In this document: in pieces, positions 12,523 through 24,773 of the stretch
How the letters are laid out: each line of letters begins with the position of its first letter
How positions within the stretch are numbered: position 1 is the first letter of the stretch
NCBI GenBank assembly: GCA_047495785.1
Contig: JBLDXI010000016.1
Location: 558,001-622,000, forward strand
Length of the DNA: 64,000 bases
Direction: 5' to 3'
Origin: Lepidodermella squamata
Taxonomy: Eukaryota > Animalia > Gastrotricha
The notes under the pieces: model-generated
Databases searched by the model: none
The model's input: the letters and a program-made list of their open reading frames with translations, nothing else
What the model was told of the DNA's origin: nothing
Position numbers and translations under genes: made by a program

Positions 12523-12938
12523 AAAACGAAGCTGTTTAGCGGTCTCCGTCAAATTAAGTCATGTTTTGCATGTAAATTGCTGACTTCAGCTTCGAGCTAA
12601 TTAGCTACCTTTTTTCCTAGTGAATCCCTTCAATTCTTCAATTTCCCCGACACAGTCTCGAATTCTTCAATTTCGAGGCAGCAGCAGGAGCGATAGAACT
12701 GGATGGCAACAAACGCCTACCTTCAGCAGGGCACGCATAATTGTCCGAATCCCGCTGCTAACACATTTTCAAGACGATCGACGGAACGACGCTCTGGAAA
12801 AATAAAGACGTACGTCAAGCTGAGACCGGGCTCAAATTCACTAGGAAAAAAGGTAGCTAATTAGCTTGAAACTGAAGTCATTGATTTGTATGCAAAACAT
12901 GACTTAATTTGACGGAGACCGCTAAACAGCTTCGTTTT
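12523..12938. mobile_element. MITE with ~100-bp TIRs
   Basis: aaaacgaagctgtttagcggtctccg...cctagtgaat inverted at 12836-12938. Confidence 0.8.
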
Positions 12939-13527
12939 GCCCGTCCGGATGCCATGTATTGACATAGATTCAGGTCAATCCAACACCGTGCACCGTCCAT
13001 CACTGTGATTGATGGATGCTGGACAGAATGGTGCTGATGCAAAGTTCAGCTTGAACCGAAACGGGGAAGCCCCTTAAGGAAGAAGAAATTCTGCTAGAAA
13101 ACTCCGAACAGTCTCGGCAAACAAACAGCAAGGAACCGACTTAAAGAACTGACCCTGCCGAACAAGCGGGGCTCAAATTATCAGAACTCCATATATCAGT
13201 GAGATATCTGAGAGATCATGCTTTTCTTTGCTTACGAAAAGCAGTGAAAATCACGACCATGGGGAAAATACAATCCCAGCATCGGTCACGTTAAGTATAT
13301 CGTCTCTCTTGATGACGTATCATTCATCGATCGGGGAATCTTTCTTTGCCGAGACTGTTCGGAGTTTTCTAGCAGAATTTCTTCTTCCTTAAGGGGCTTC
13401 CCCGTTTCGGTTCAAGCTGAACTTTGCATCAGCACCATTCTGTCCAGCATCCATCAATCACAGTGATGGACGGTGCACGGTGTTAGATTGACCTGAATCT
13501 ATGTCAATACATGGCATCCGGACGGGC
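12939..13527. mobile_element. Young MITE with ~183-bp near-perfect TIRs
   Basis: gcccgtccggatgcc...tctcggcaaa vs 13345-13527, one mismatch seen. Confidence 0.85.
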
Positions 13528-14166
13528 ATTAGGACAGTTAGGACAGTGCCATGCAGCAAATATCATAAAGCCTCGCAAATTTCCTTGAGAAAAGGCGACG
13601 CGTGGATTCAAACATCAGGCAGCCACTACTTAACTACGCCATGCTCGCCGCGATATTTAAGCTATCAGGATTCAGTATTTTTGCCAATTGGGATTTTGGC
13701 CTCAAACCGCGCCATTTCGCTCGACTTCGCGCGGCATTTTAGGGCGAACCGAGAATCGTCAGCGGGTGAATCGCATAGCGGCTGATAGCCGTTGAAATTC
13801 CGAGTATCTGGCGATGGCTGGATAGATCCAGGATAGGTCAGCTGGATGGAGGTGCTGGATGAAATTTCTTTTTATTAACATCCAGCACAAGCTGTGCCGG
13901 ATGTTATCTAGCGCTGTCCAGCACTGTGCAACACTCATCCTGCACCATTCTAGCGAGAAAGCTAACAAGTACACTTTCTCGGAGAAATAACAGCAAATAT
14001 CAAGGATTTAAGGAAGTAGCGGTTCCCCTACTTGGTATGAAAAGTTGGGTAGAAAGCTTATGGGATGAAAACAGCACTTACTCCGAAGATAACCAGTTAC
14101 GTAATCCAAGAAGGCTGAAGCTCACATTGCACAATACTTGATATTTACTGACTCCAGCACACTAAC

Positions 14167-14507
14167 CAATAGAAATTTTTTTATATGCAGTGGAATATAG
14201 ACGCCTACTGTCAGTGGCTAATTAATACGGTAGTCGTTTAATGAGATCGGTAAGCAAAGCCGTGGGCGCCGTTCGACCACGTCGCATTGATCTACAGCCG
14301 GTTATTGGCGTCATTGAAACCTCAACGTCTTTAACAACATTCCTTAGGCGTAATTGGATGTCGCCGCAATCGCTAGGATCATTGCGAGGTCACGCATCCT
14401 TCCCGCAGTAAACCTCATCACGGAATTGGAACACAGCATAGCGTGTTTAACGCGGCATAGTCTATGGCAAGCCATCCGTCAGTGGTCTGTTGTTACATTC
14501 CACAGCT
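14167..14507 (-). promoter_or_regulatory. Conserved non-coding block, displaced upstream region of GPCR-A
   Basis: Aligns along its length with 22184-22541 (e.g. ttccttaggcgtaattggatgtcgccgcaatc identical). Confidence 0.5.
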
Positions 14508-15298
14508 GAAGGTCTTCCAAAAATTGACTGGTGAAAGCCATGTACTACCGAGGGAGCGATCTTGGATTCCGGAGCTGCCTGGGGTTGAACAAATATTTTG
14601 CTGTATTTGCCAAATTGACTAGTCATTGATCTGAAAAGCGAGAAAGTTTAGAAAGTTTTCTACAAAAAAACGCTCATAAATCATAAACTCTTAAACCGCT
14701 AAAAATTACCGAAACAGTGCTAGAAATTATCATTTTGTTGTATGGCCCGGCTGGGCATGATCGCCCCATCACCCCTGAAAGTCGGGATGAAAGTTCGGTT
14801 ACAATCTGGACTACCCGGCGGCTTTGTAAAATCGCATTTTGTAAATTTACTAGACCCCTTTGCAACCATATACACAGAATATCGCACTGATACCAAGCGA
14901 GGGTCAGGCTGAGGGCTCTGGAAGGCGAAACAGAGGTTGGTTAATTAAACGGTATGATTACATATTATTATTTCGGGCTGACTCGGGAGGGGCTCAGAAG
15001 GGAGAGGATCATGAGGGGACTTAAGGGAATACAGGAAACCGCACCGGCTCATACATTAGTTTTTAGGGAAAAAATCGGAGAAAAGGCGGCAGGGCTAAAC
15101 CGGGGCACTGACGCAGTTTCGTAAGTGCCAAGCTGGACAGTACTTTCAGCATTTATGGGCCAAAGGGGTTGGGTTGGAAACTTTCAACGTATGATATGTA
15201 CCACTTCATACCGTTATTTGCGATGAGACATCGTTGAATGATCATCGGCTCATCGGTACACATTTATTAACGAACATGAACCAGAAGGAACAAGTGCG

Positions 15299-17728
15299 TT
15301 ATAAAGCCAGCGGCCATCGTGGACGTGAACTAACGCGGCTTTGTCTAGAAAATGCGGTTTCGTTGTAATCAGAAGGATGATCAAATCTATGGCGCTGAAT
15401 TCCAACTATAGGCGCAACACTCGAGGGATTTCGAAGGATTTGTATAAACGGAAGGTACCAGGAAAGCGTTGAAATGATCGAATGAGCCGTGACTAGAAAT
15501 ACAACTGCTATCCTCTGATTTTTCAGTGCAAGGCTTGAATTCATATTCTGCTGTAGAGCAGTCAAAATTATGACCCCTCCAAGGAGGAGTAAAGCCGAGT
15601 TTGTAATTCCAATTGCCATCCAGCTGAACTCGCAGCATACATTGTTATTCTTTAATATCCGAATATCGTATGTGAGGAAAAGCCCAAACATCACGAAGAG
15701 GGCTTGAAAAGCGGCCAGACCAAACAGCCATGATGATTGATATTTCGACACGCAAAGATGGTACATCCAAACTGTGTTGGTGTCCTTGATCTCATCGTAA
15801 ATTTCAATCTTGGAATCTGCATCTGGCCACAGAGCTTCCTTACAGGTGAACTGATCATTCTCATTTGAGGAAGACAGCCAAACGACTAGAATAGCTATGT
15901 CAGCTGTTGTTACGGCCATTAAAAGTACAAATGATCTTTTCAGGAGGATCCTATCGAAAACGGGAGTGAAGGCGGTGACTGACACCCCAACTTTATCCAC
16001 GCAGCTGTATTCGTTCCATTTCGGATGCTTCTTCCACATTTTGTAGACCAATGCACGGGAAACCATTGAGCCATTTGCCAACAGCAAGCCCACAACCAAT
16101 GTCACGAATCGTGCAATCCATAAAGTTATAGGAGACGAAACTTGGTTATTGTCCTGGATTGAGAATAAAATGGCTGAGAGACTCATTAAAACCGCGCCTA
16201 GGCTTCCAATGGCTTTGAATGTGAAATCCTTCATTTCTTGCTTTTTGTACAGCGTTAGCGAAAGACAGGCTGCGATACTCAAGATTTCGATCGCAGCGCA
16301 TAGAATTGCTAAAAGCATCACGTATATTGGAACGTCTTCAATCAAGATCACAAGTTTAACTCGATCTTTTGGAGGTTTGCTATCAAAGGTATTCCAGGGC
16401 AGTTCAGGGACAAGTTTCTCCAATACAAAATCCGATACTTTACGGCCTTGACTTCCTTCAATCTGCTTGAAAACTCCTAGGGTCAATCGTTTCGTCGGTT
16501 CGACGTAGCGGACAGTTGCTAAAGAGTCTGTGGCGATTTCCCCTGTAATGTTGCTATACTTGATTCGACCTATCCGCATGCTGGGTACATCGCTCTCGAT
16601 CATCGATTGATTAGCGAGCTTCGAGAACAGGGAAGGGAAATTGCTGTAGTCTCTCAGGGTTAAATTCATTAGGTTCAACTTTCTCTCTGTAGCATCTAGC
16701 GCTCTGAAAACGACCATTACAGATTCGTAGCATAAGTAGCGATAGTTATAGTCCAAACTTCGGCCGAATTTCGTGAGTGAGTCCAGAGTATTCTCAAATT
16801 CGATAGATTCAGATGTTGGGTTGATTGGGGCAGGAAGTGGGACCACTGAGAACGTTTGCTGGATCTGCTCAGTCAACATAGCTCGACTACAACCTGGCGC
16901 TACTGTCGCTGCTAAACTCACTGGGTTGATTTCTTGATTGCTCATGAAATGGTACCTCGGCCCTCGAATTCCGACGCGATGAGCCAGGCACATGAATTGA
17001 AAATACACTGGCAAGGTCCCTATCCATACCACAATAACTCTTGCGTCACTTTTCTTGAGAGGTATCAACTCTGCCGGGTCTTTCAATTCGTTTACTCCGT
17101 AATACCATGCGACAGTTAAATTGTTCTGAAGAGCCAGGTTGTAGGTTTGATCTGCAGGAATAAAATTCGCTGGATTCCCTAAGAAGTAGACTATTGCGAT
17201 ACGTTGCCACTGTCCGAAGTACTTGATAATATGGATAAAGTTGTAAGCATACCAAGTCGCAGTTACAACTGATAGATAGAGGTTAGGGTACCTGTTACGG
17301 TCATTCAAAATCGCGGCTGAACATTTGCTTGCGATTCCTACAGCGCCAATATGGTGTAGAATCGTTCCAATCGGTTGACATCCAGCTGAGAAGTAGCCAG
17401 CAATCATTATGGGAGATAGAGAGGTGTTTCTCTCCGTGGGTTGGGAGTTGAAGAAATTGAGTACGTGACCAGTAGACTTACTTCCAACTGATCCCTCATC
17501 CCTGAAGTCTGGCTCAAGGTAGTACCCTGGTAAGATCTTGTCATCCTTATTAGCTCTGTCAAAAGCTAACTGCGAAGCGACTTTGCACTCAAGACCAGTT
17601 GCAGGCTCATTGCCAGTGAAAGGCATCTGAGTCAACACTCTCAGCCTCCAATTTTCGTTGCTTTTCGCCTCCAGAGCAGTTGTGGTGAATGTGAGGTAAA
17701 GCATGACTGCTCGGATAAAATGATTCAT
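15299..17728 (-). CDS. Intronless GABA-B-like class C GPCR copy B (809 aa; divergent member)
   Basis: Signal peptide; VFT motifs LAFDRANKDDKILPGYYL, RYPNLY, CLAHRVGIRGPRY, CYES; 7 hydrophobic segments; GABA-B-type CVSKYQSSWLFG..FGLFLTYDIR and MAIGITN. Confidence 0.9.
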   Translation of the reverse strand: MNHFIRAVMLYLTFTTTALEAKSNENWRLRVLTQMPFTGNEPATGLECKVASQLAFDRANKDDKILPGYYLEPDFRDEGSVGSKSTGHVLNFFNSQPTERNTSLSPIMIAGYFSAGCQPIGTILHHIGAVGIASKCSAAILNDRNRYPNLYLSVVTATWYAYNFIHIIKYFGQWQRIAIVYFLGNPANFIPADQTYNLALQNNLTVAWYYGVNELKDPAELIPLKKSDARVIVVWIGTLPVYFQFMCLAHRVGIRGPRYHFMSNQEINPVSLAATVAPGCSRAMLTEQIQQTFSVVPLPAPINPTSESIEFENTLDSLTKFGRSLDYNYRYLCYESVMVVFRALDATERKLNLMNLTLRDYSNFPSLFSKLANQSMIESDVPSMRIGRIKYSNITGEIATDSLATVRYVEPTKRLTLGVFKQIEGSQGRKVSDFVLEKLVPELPWNTFDSKPPKDRVKLVILIEDVPIYVMLLAILCAAIEILSIAACLSLTLYKKQEMKDFTFKAIGSLGAVLMSLSAILFSIQDNNQVSSPITLWIARFVTLVVGLLLANGSMVSRALVYKMWKKHPKWNEYSCVDKVGVSVTAFTPVFDRILLKRSFVLLMAVTTADIAILVVWLSSSNENDQFTCKEALWPDADSKIEIYDEIKDTNTVWMYHLCVSKYQSSWLFGLAAFQALFVMFGLFLTYDIRILKNNNVCCEFSWMAIGITNSALLLLGGVIILTALQQNMNSSLALKNQRIAVVFLVTAHSIISTLSWYLPFIQILRNPSSVAPIVGIQRHRFDHPSDYNETAFSRQSRVSSRPRWPLAL

Positions 17729-19871
17729 ATTATATTTCAGTTGTTCAAGAATGAAGCGGATTCTAAGTTATATCACTTGTTATATCGTTATCCAACTCTG
17801 GTGACTTCGGTATCTTCAACGCATGCGAATGAAAATTGTTTTTTTAGCTGACAGCTAACGATACTATTCACTAATATGTTTGCGGCATTCATGATTTGTC
17901 GTGCTCCACGCGTTTCAGGACTGCGCTTGCATTGACATTAGTGGCATGGGGTATGCTAATTTAGCTAATTATTAGTATGCGTTACGCGTGCGTATTTTCG
18001 CATCCGCGGAAGAGCTTTTATACAAATGAAGCTTTAGTTTCGAAGTCAATATAGTTTATCCAGAGGAACCTTGCATATTTACATATTTAACTACGGAGAA
18101 GATTGAAAGATTGAAATTTAAGATAATTAAATGAGAGCAGCTAGCAGCTAGCAGTGAAAGACGGTGCGATAAATCAGGAGGATACGTCGGTGATGTCAAG
18201 GATGATGACAGGTAAATACTAACTCCACTCTTCACACAGAGGCAGACCAAAGCGAACGGCGTTTTACCAGCCTATGTTTTACACCTTGATTGGCTCCAAG
18301 CCTCATAGTTGGCAAAACAATTCTATGCAGGGAGCGTCGGCTTCAGCAGGCGTCGGAATACTATCTCGCCTGATCATTTCGTTACGAAATCAAGTACGTA
18401 AATCAATATTAGAATATTAGATATTAGAACTCAATATTAGAAGCTTCCAGGCATTACGGTTAGACATCCGGAGAGATTATCAATAACCAATAATCAATCC
18501 AGATCATTCTGTCGGAAGAAAACAGCGTTCCCCTATAATAATTAGAACGAAAAGGAGCAGCTGTAGACTGTAGATATCTGGTTCAGATTTTATTTCAATC
18601 AATCATTCGACGGGCAAGCAACAAATCTCTCCTCCGCCAATGTCCTGAGCAGCAGTGCGGCGCCTGAGCTGCTTCAGTATCTCACGCGGAACTTCTTGTT
18701 ATTATTGACTGATGCCATCATGGTCTGCATCGGCCCTGTGCATCTGTCATACAAAATGCACTCGTTTCCATCCCGATAGTTGAACGAATACGCAAGGCAA
18801 TTGCTGACAGACCAACAACGATCTTGACATTGCAGCACGGGGACACCGGAGTATTTCTTAAGAACCTGCGCTCCCTTTTCACAGTTCTGGTCTGTGCCTC
18901 AGTATCCTGTGGAACGAAGCATTATCAACATCAAACTCCACTTCAAACGGAAAGAAGAAACATACCAGTAAAAGATGAAGCAAGAGCGATGAACATTGCG
19001 AAGACCAGTGCAGCTTTGACGAACATTCTGAATAGTTTGGCTGAAAATGAATTAATTAAATAATTACTTCGAAAATGAAAGAAAGCTAAATGACTGAGCT
19101 TGGTGTGTGTTATGTGAAGCCGAGTCGAATACACCCAGCGGAGCAGCTGGAATCATCAATACGCCCAGTGATCACAAGATGCACTAACGCCAATGCTCAA
19201 CGCGGTGGAATTTTAACGCTGTCGGCAATGCGCTGTATATCATATTCTCCTGTCTAACATATCCAACTAGCCGTTTAAATAAATATTTCAAAATATTATG
19301 GCTAACTTGTTTTGCATGATATCAAGTCGCCACCGCGCCGATCGTTTCAGCTGCTTTTTGGTATAGATGAAAGATGAATAATGCGTCAAAATCGAGTACA
19401 TATCTTAGTTTGGACGATAACTTAATGTACTCGGTGTACTGTCGAACTTTTTCGGAAATGCGAGTTCTTCCGAAGTTCTTCTTTCTTCAGGAGTTGGGCA
19501 GTTATTACATGTGCAAGCCACTTCAGGTGTCATTGAAGATGTGCGCAAGTAAATCCATCGAAATGCTTTCAGCTTTCAGGCGACGGGTCGATGCTAAGGA
19601 TTTCCTGTTGTTAGGAATGCAAGATGACGCACGCGTGAATGATCAATATTACCTCGATAGATTAACAAATTAAATTTTCCTGATGTTAAACAAATTATTT
19701 CAGATCATCAGTCATTAGAATACAACAATATATTAGAATTCAGCCGTAAATATTGTAAAATGTATACTTCGCTCTTCAAAAACAATTTTATAAAATGGTT
19801 CAACGTTCAACGTACGAGAATTTCCTGGTTTGTAATAGTCGCTGAGTAACTATCATTATCGTGACAAACAT

Positions 19872-22151
19872 TCATGCTTCTCCGATAAAAAAGTTTGATC
19901 GATTGACCGCGTTTTGTTGATTAGTTGTTTCAACAATCTCACTACCATTCGGACGCCCTCTTCTCCAATAATGGGAGTGGAGAATCGCACTAACCGCCAT
20001 GGAGGTCACGAGAAGTGAAACGGCGATAGACAATTCCTGAGCCCCGCCTCTTGAAATCATGAATCCGATGGCGATAGATGCGATGAATATCGAAATACAA
20101 GCAACTAATGACAGCGAGATTCTTCTAACCTCAGGGTATCGTTTCGTGCCCTTGTTACCTCTGAGTCTGATAGCTGACAAAATACCAACGAAAAGGATGG
20201 CCAAGTTGTAGATCAGAGCACACCCAATCCACGTGGAACCCCATTTCGAGTAACACTTTACAGCTGTTGTCTTCAGATAGGCATCAGCAGATTCAACATA
20301 TCTGATGTCTCGAACCGACCATAAAATGTAAGGAGGGTCAACAATCATCCATATGATATAGAAGATAATGGCAATAGTTATTACGAATCCTGTTTTGAGA
20401 TGAGCGAGCTTGCGATTGATCTTCATATCAGGCAGGCTTTGCCATGGCTTGATTTTGCTTGAATTGGGTTTCAAAAATTTTGAAAATTCGAATGCTTCGA
20501 CGCTTAGGGAGGTGAAAAGTAGCGTAACTCCAGATATCACCAAGAATAGCGATGCGCCGCAAATTTCGGTCGATTTCATCGCGGCATTTGTTGATACTAA
20601 GACTGAAGAGCCATCCAGCAAAACAAAGCTTACAATAAAAATCGTGTCGTGTTTAATCAGCCTGAAAGTAAGAAATTTCGTCATCGCAATTAGATGGGAC
20701 CCTGACAATATAGCGAGGATAATGAATCCAACTATCGAGTTTCCAGCCACTACGACGATTTCATCAGCCGAATCTTTCGGAACAAACCCAGGAGCGAACG
20801 GTTTTATCAGTGTGATGTCAAACGAATTGATATCAAAAAGATTTGTCGAATTCTCTTTCATAGTTACAACATATCTGACAACTTGGCCTGCTCCGTCTTG
20901 GAAACTGGTCAGCATTTGAGGTTCTGAGTCGAATTCCATTCGTTTCGAATAAGCAAACCGACCACTTCGCATGTTTCTATATGAAACTTCAGCCATACTT
21001 TTGTTGGCGATAGAGCTAACTTCAACTGGGTATTTTTTGTAGTCCTTGAGGGTCATTCCTACGGATTTCAACTTATTTTCGGTTGATTCGAGCGCCCGAA
21101 CCGCAGTCATAGCTGCATCATAGCATAAATGGCGATAAGCGTCCCCAAACGCGGTAGTCCTAGCCTTCTGCGCCCAAAGAATTTCGAAAGCATTGTAACT
21201 CAGACCCATCTCATCAATTCCATTGTTCGGCAGGATCAGAGGATCCACGGCCCCTGAAACTATAGTTCTAAGCAGTTGTTCAGTGTACATTTCCCTTGTA
21301 CATTTTGGTGGATAGGGCGAGGGAAATGACGGATCAGCATAGGCAATGCTTGCGATGAAGAAAAGGTATCTATCCCCTCTCATTCCAAATCTGTGCAATT
21401 GACAAAGGAAAATCGTGATGGACCGCCAATCAGCTGCTTCCATCGAAAATACCCGAACATCGGCTTCTTTCAGTGTTAGAATGAATTCATCAGAAAATTC
21501 AGTCACTGCCTCGAATTTGACTACGTCAAAGCCATTTCGAACGAGAGCGCTGTGGAAGAAGATTGCGGAGTCTGTATTTAGAGTATTGCCATTCAATATT
21601 GTAACAACAGCGATTTTACGTATATTCGAGAATTTTTTCAAAAATTGAATTCGGGATAGAAGACCGATTTCTGCAGGTGATCGAACACGGTATAGATTCG
21701 GAAATAAATCTCGCCTCTGAGATAGACCAGGAGCTGGGCAGGATGTCCCAATTACGACCATGTTTAACTGTTTCGCGATCGAGCCTAGTGTTCGGCACCC
21801 CGCTGTAAAGATAGGTCCTATGACAACAGGGGAAGGGAAAATGCCTAGGTCATCTTGTGAGTCAATATATTCGCTTGAAAATTGAACACCCTGCATAGCT
21901 GAGCCGGCAGTATTTGCGATTTCATCCCGATGATCGAGCTCGATGTGATAATCTGGCAAAATATCGCTTCTGTTATTGACCAACTCAATTGCCAAATCCT
22001 CCGCCATTAGACAGTGATCGAAGTCCACGCCAGGGATGCCTGAATTAACCGGCAAAATGGATAATATTCTTAGGCGGAATGGCTTGGTCGCCAGGGTGAA
22101 CTGCTCAAACGAAAGCAGAAGATTGATAACTAGCCAGAATCTAAGATTCAT
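19872..22151 (-). CDS. Intronless GABA-B-like class C GPCR copy C (759 aa)
   Basis: Signal peptide; LAIELVNNRSDILPDYHIEL, FPNLYR, CYDAA; 7TM with WMIVDPP and CYSKWGSTWIG..YNL. Confidence 0.92.
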   Translation of the reverse strand: MNLRFWLVINLLLSFEQFTLATKPFRLRILSILPVNSGIPGVDFDHCLMAEDLAIELVNNRSDILPDYHIELDHRDEIANTAGSAMQGVQFSSEYIDSQDDLGIFPSPVVIGPIFTAGCRTLGSIAKQLNMVVIGTSCPAPGLSQRRDLFPNLYRVRSPAEIGLLSRIQFLKKFSNIRKIAVVTILNGNTLNTDSAIFFHSALVRNGFDVVKFEAVTEFSDEFILTLKEADVRVFSMEAADWRSITIFLCQLHRFGMRGDRYLFFIASIAYADPSFPSPYPPKCTREMYTEQLLRTIVSGAVDPLILPNNGIDEMGLSYNAFEILWAQKARTTAFGDAYRHLCYDAAMTAVRALESTENKLKSVGMTLKDYKKYPVEVSSIANKSMAEVSYRNMRSGRFAYSKRMEFDSEPQMLTSFQDGAGQVVRYVVTMKENSTNLFDINSFDITLIKPFAPGFVPKDSADEIVVVAGNSIVGFIILAILSGSHLIAMTKFLTFRLIKHDTIFIVSFVLLDGSSVLVSTNAAMKSTEICGASLFLVISGVTLLFTSLSVEAFEFSKFLKPNSSKIKPWQSLPDMKINRKLAHLKTGFVITIAIIFYIIWMIVDPPYILWSVRDIRYVESADAYLKTTAVKCYSKWGSTWIGCALIYNLAILFVGILSAIRLRGNKGTKRYPEVRRISLSLVACISIFIASIAIGFMISRGGAQELSIAVSLLVTSMAVSAILHSHYWRRGRPNGSEIVETTNQQNAVNRSNFFIGEA

Positions 22152-22183
22152 CGCAACCTATATGTAATAAAGTGAAATACTTG

Positions 22184-22541
22184 ACCAATAGAAAAAATCG
22201 GAGGTCATTTTATGTGTATAGGAATATACTGCGGCGAAGCCTACTGTCTGTGGCTAATGGCTAATTAGTACGGTAGCCGTTTAATGAGACCAGCAATCGA
22301 AGTCGTGGGCGCCGTTCAACCACGTTGCATCCGCATCTACTGCTGGTTGTCGACGTAATTGAAGCCTTAACGTCTTAAACAGATTTCCTTAGGCGTAATT
22401 GGATGTCGCCGCAATCACTAGGATCATGGCGGGGTCACTCATTCATCCCGCAGTAAAGCTCACCACGAAATCGGAACACGACGGACGCGTAGCGTTTTGA
22501 AAGCCATAATCTATGGCAAGCGATCTGTTGCATTCCACAGC
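22184..22541 (-). promoter_or_regulatory. Conserved non-coding block immediately upstream of GPCR-C (candidate promoter/5' UTR)
   Basis: Starts ~30 bp upstream of the ATG; paralogous to 14167-14507. Confidence 0.5.
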
Positions 22542-22584
22542 ACGTTCACCAAGGAGTAATTCATGTTTACCGCCTTGATACACG

Positions 22585-22639
22585 GCTTTTGAAACCGCCC
22601 TTGCCATTTAGGCTAAATGGCAAGGGCGGTTTCAAAAGC
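22585..22639. repeat. Perfect 55-bp palindrome (27-bp arms, 1-nt centre)
   Basis: gcttttgaaaccgcccttgccatttag-g-ctaaatggcaagggcggtttcaaaagc. Confidence 0.95.
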
Positions 22640-23215
22640 GTAACGATATTATGGAACGTCATGTTGTTTAAACCACCAATACGTTGATTAAAGTTGATTA
22701 AACTAAATGTTTTCCTCTTCAAGTTGTTCACACTCATCTCGCGTTTCACGTGATTTTAAACAATTTCTTGTTGTCAGCTTGAATTTGAAGTTGAAAAGAA
22801 TTTGAAGGCAAATTGTAACAACTGTTAATATTAGAAAAATAACTAGACTGGAAGAACTGGCACACATCATTTGGCATGCTCAATTAATAAAAAATCTTTT
22901 TGCTTTTTGCTACAACTCTTTATCGTTGAGAAAACAGTCCGTTTTTTTTTATTTGAGCCTATATCTCTAAGCCCCCAGCTCACACACATCAATACTGCCA
23001 TTATTTACATACCAGCTTTATTTCACCCTCCAGGTTCACGCTTATCATGAAACCGGACTCCGGACTTCAATGAAACATCGTAGAAAATACGCAAAATGCG
23101 ATAATTTTACGTATTTAAAGCACTGATTCCATTCATTTGTTCATTCCTTATTTATCTGAATTTCAACTTTTTAGCCTAAATTCAGACACATTTTTCAGGC
23201 TTAAATTTTGAACAC

Positions 23216-24773
23216 ATGGCAAATCAGACATTGACAGCTGCTTCAGCATGGGAGAAATCCTTCCGAGTTCGGGCGTTATTTTACGCCTTGACTCCCAATG
23301 AATCATCACCACAAACGTTGAAAGCTGTTCCAGAGGTGGTCAACTCCAGCATTCCTTACTTCCTAACAATGATTATAATCGAACTCGTCATCGTCTCGAT
23401 TCGGGGGAACAAGAAGGGTAAGAAAGGACTCGGAGCCTACATTCAAGTCAACGATGCAGTTACATCGGTTCTAGCGGGACTAATGTCCCGTTTGCCTGAG
23501 TAAGTTTACCTGTAAAATGTCCTTTTCCATATATTGCATTCCTTTTCTTACTCAGCTTGTTTACTCACACAATTGAACTGGCTTCCTACATTTGGTTTTA
23601 TGAAAGGTTTCATATCTATGAAATGCCTTTGGATTCGGCATGGACCTGGCTCGCAATGCTGATAGCTGTCGATTTCTGCTACTACTGGTTTCATAGAGCC
23701 TCGCATGGTTCGTCAACTTTTCAATATTTCTAATTTCATTTTGTGGATTCGATTTTACAGAGCTAAATGTTTTGTGGGCTTTTCATCAGTCTCACCACTC
23801 ATCCGAGTACTACAACCTCACAACCGCTCTACGACAGGCAGTGATCCAAAAATACGGCTCTTTCGTCTTCTACCTTCCTATCGCTCTGTTCATCCCACCG
23901 CCCATGTTCGCCATGCACATTCAGCTCAATTTGATCTATCAGTTTTGGATACATACTGAAGCAATCAACCGGCTTCCGTGGATTATTGAGTTCTTCTTCA
24001 ACACAGCCAGCCATCATCGAGTTCATCATGGCCGCAATCCTTACTGCATCGACAAAAATTACGCAGGGTTCCTCATCATCTGGGATAGAATGTTCGGTAT
24101 GGATTAAATCTCAAGATGATCAATCGAGACATAATGGATTCTTCAATTTGTTTCAGGCACATTCGCTGCGGAGCGGGATGAAGAAAAAGTTGTGTACGGT
24201 CTGGTTCACAACATCAAATCGTTCGACCCGTTCTATGTTCAATTCATGCATTTCCGTGACATTTGGCGGCGATTCAAACGCTCGCCTAGCCTCGCATCAC
24301 TTTTCTACGGCCCGGGCTACAACCGCAAAAAGCCCCAGTTCAGACTTGGAGATCCAGCCGATATACCTAAAATCGAACCGAACCCCGTTGTCTACAACCC
24401 ACCCTTGCCTATATGGGTTCACATTTACTGCGCGATTCACGCTGCCCTGGCTGCTGTTTCAATTGGCCACGTACTTGATTTGCCTGAGAGGCGTGATCCA
24501 ATCGTAGCCTGGGCTTGTTTCGCTCTCTTTGTCGCATCTGCCTCGTCATTTGGTAACATTTTTAATCGACGAGAACGGCTGGCACCGAAATTCGAAGTGA
24601 TTCGTTGCCTCGCCGTTACGCTTTTGGCTAATTTCTTGACTGAAAACTGTGATGTTCCCAACAGCCGTAATGTTGCTTTTGGTGTTCAAGTTTTGTTTGG
24701 AGCATCTATAATCCCATGGTTGCTCTCCACACCCTTCCCAAAGATTGAATCGCCGAGAGTCAAAGCAGAATAA
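23216..24773 (+). CDS. AGMO: Alkylglycerol monooxygenase paralogue 2 (~462 aa, 4 exons)
   Basis: Exons 23216-23499, 23556-23707, 23761-24096, 24157-24773 in frame; HRASHE, HQSHHSSEYYNLTTALRQ, HTE, HHRVHHGRNPYCIDKNY. Confidence 0.94.

Noticed and set aside
18405-19673. aatattag tandem repeat and short ORFs 18824-19063 and 19374-19673
   Set aside because: Low-complexity repeat; the ORFs lack recognisable domains or convincing splice structure.
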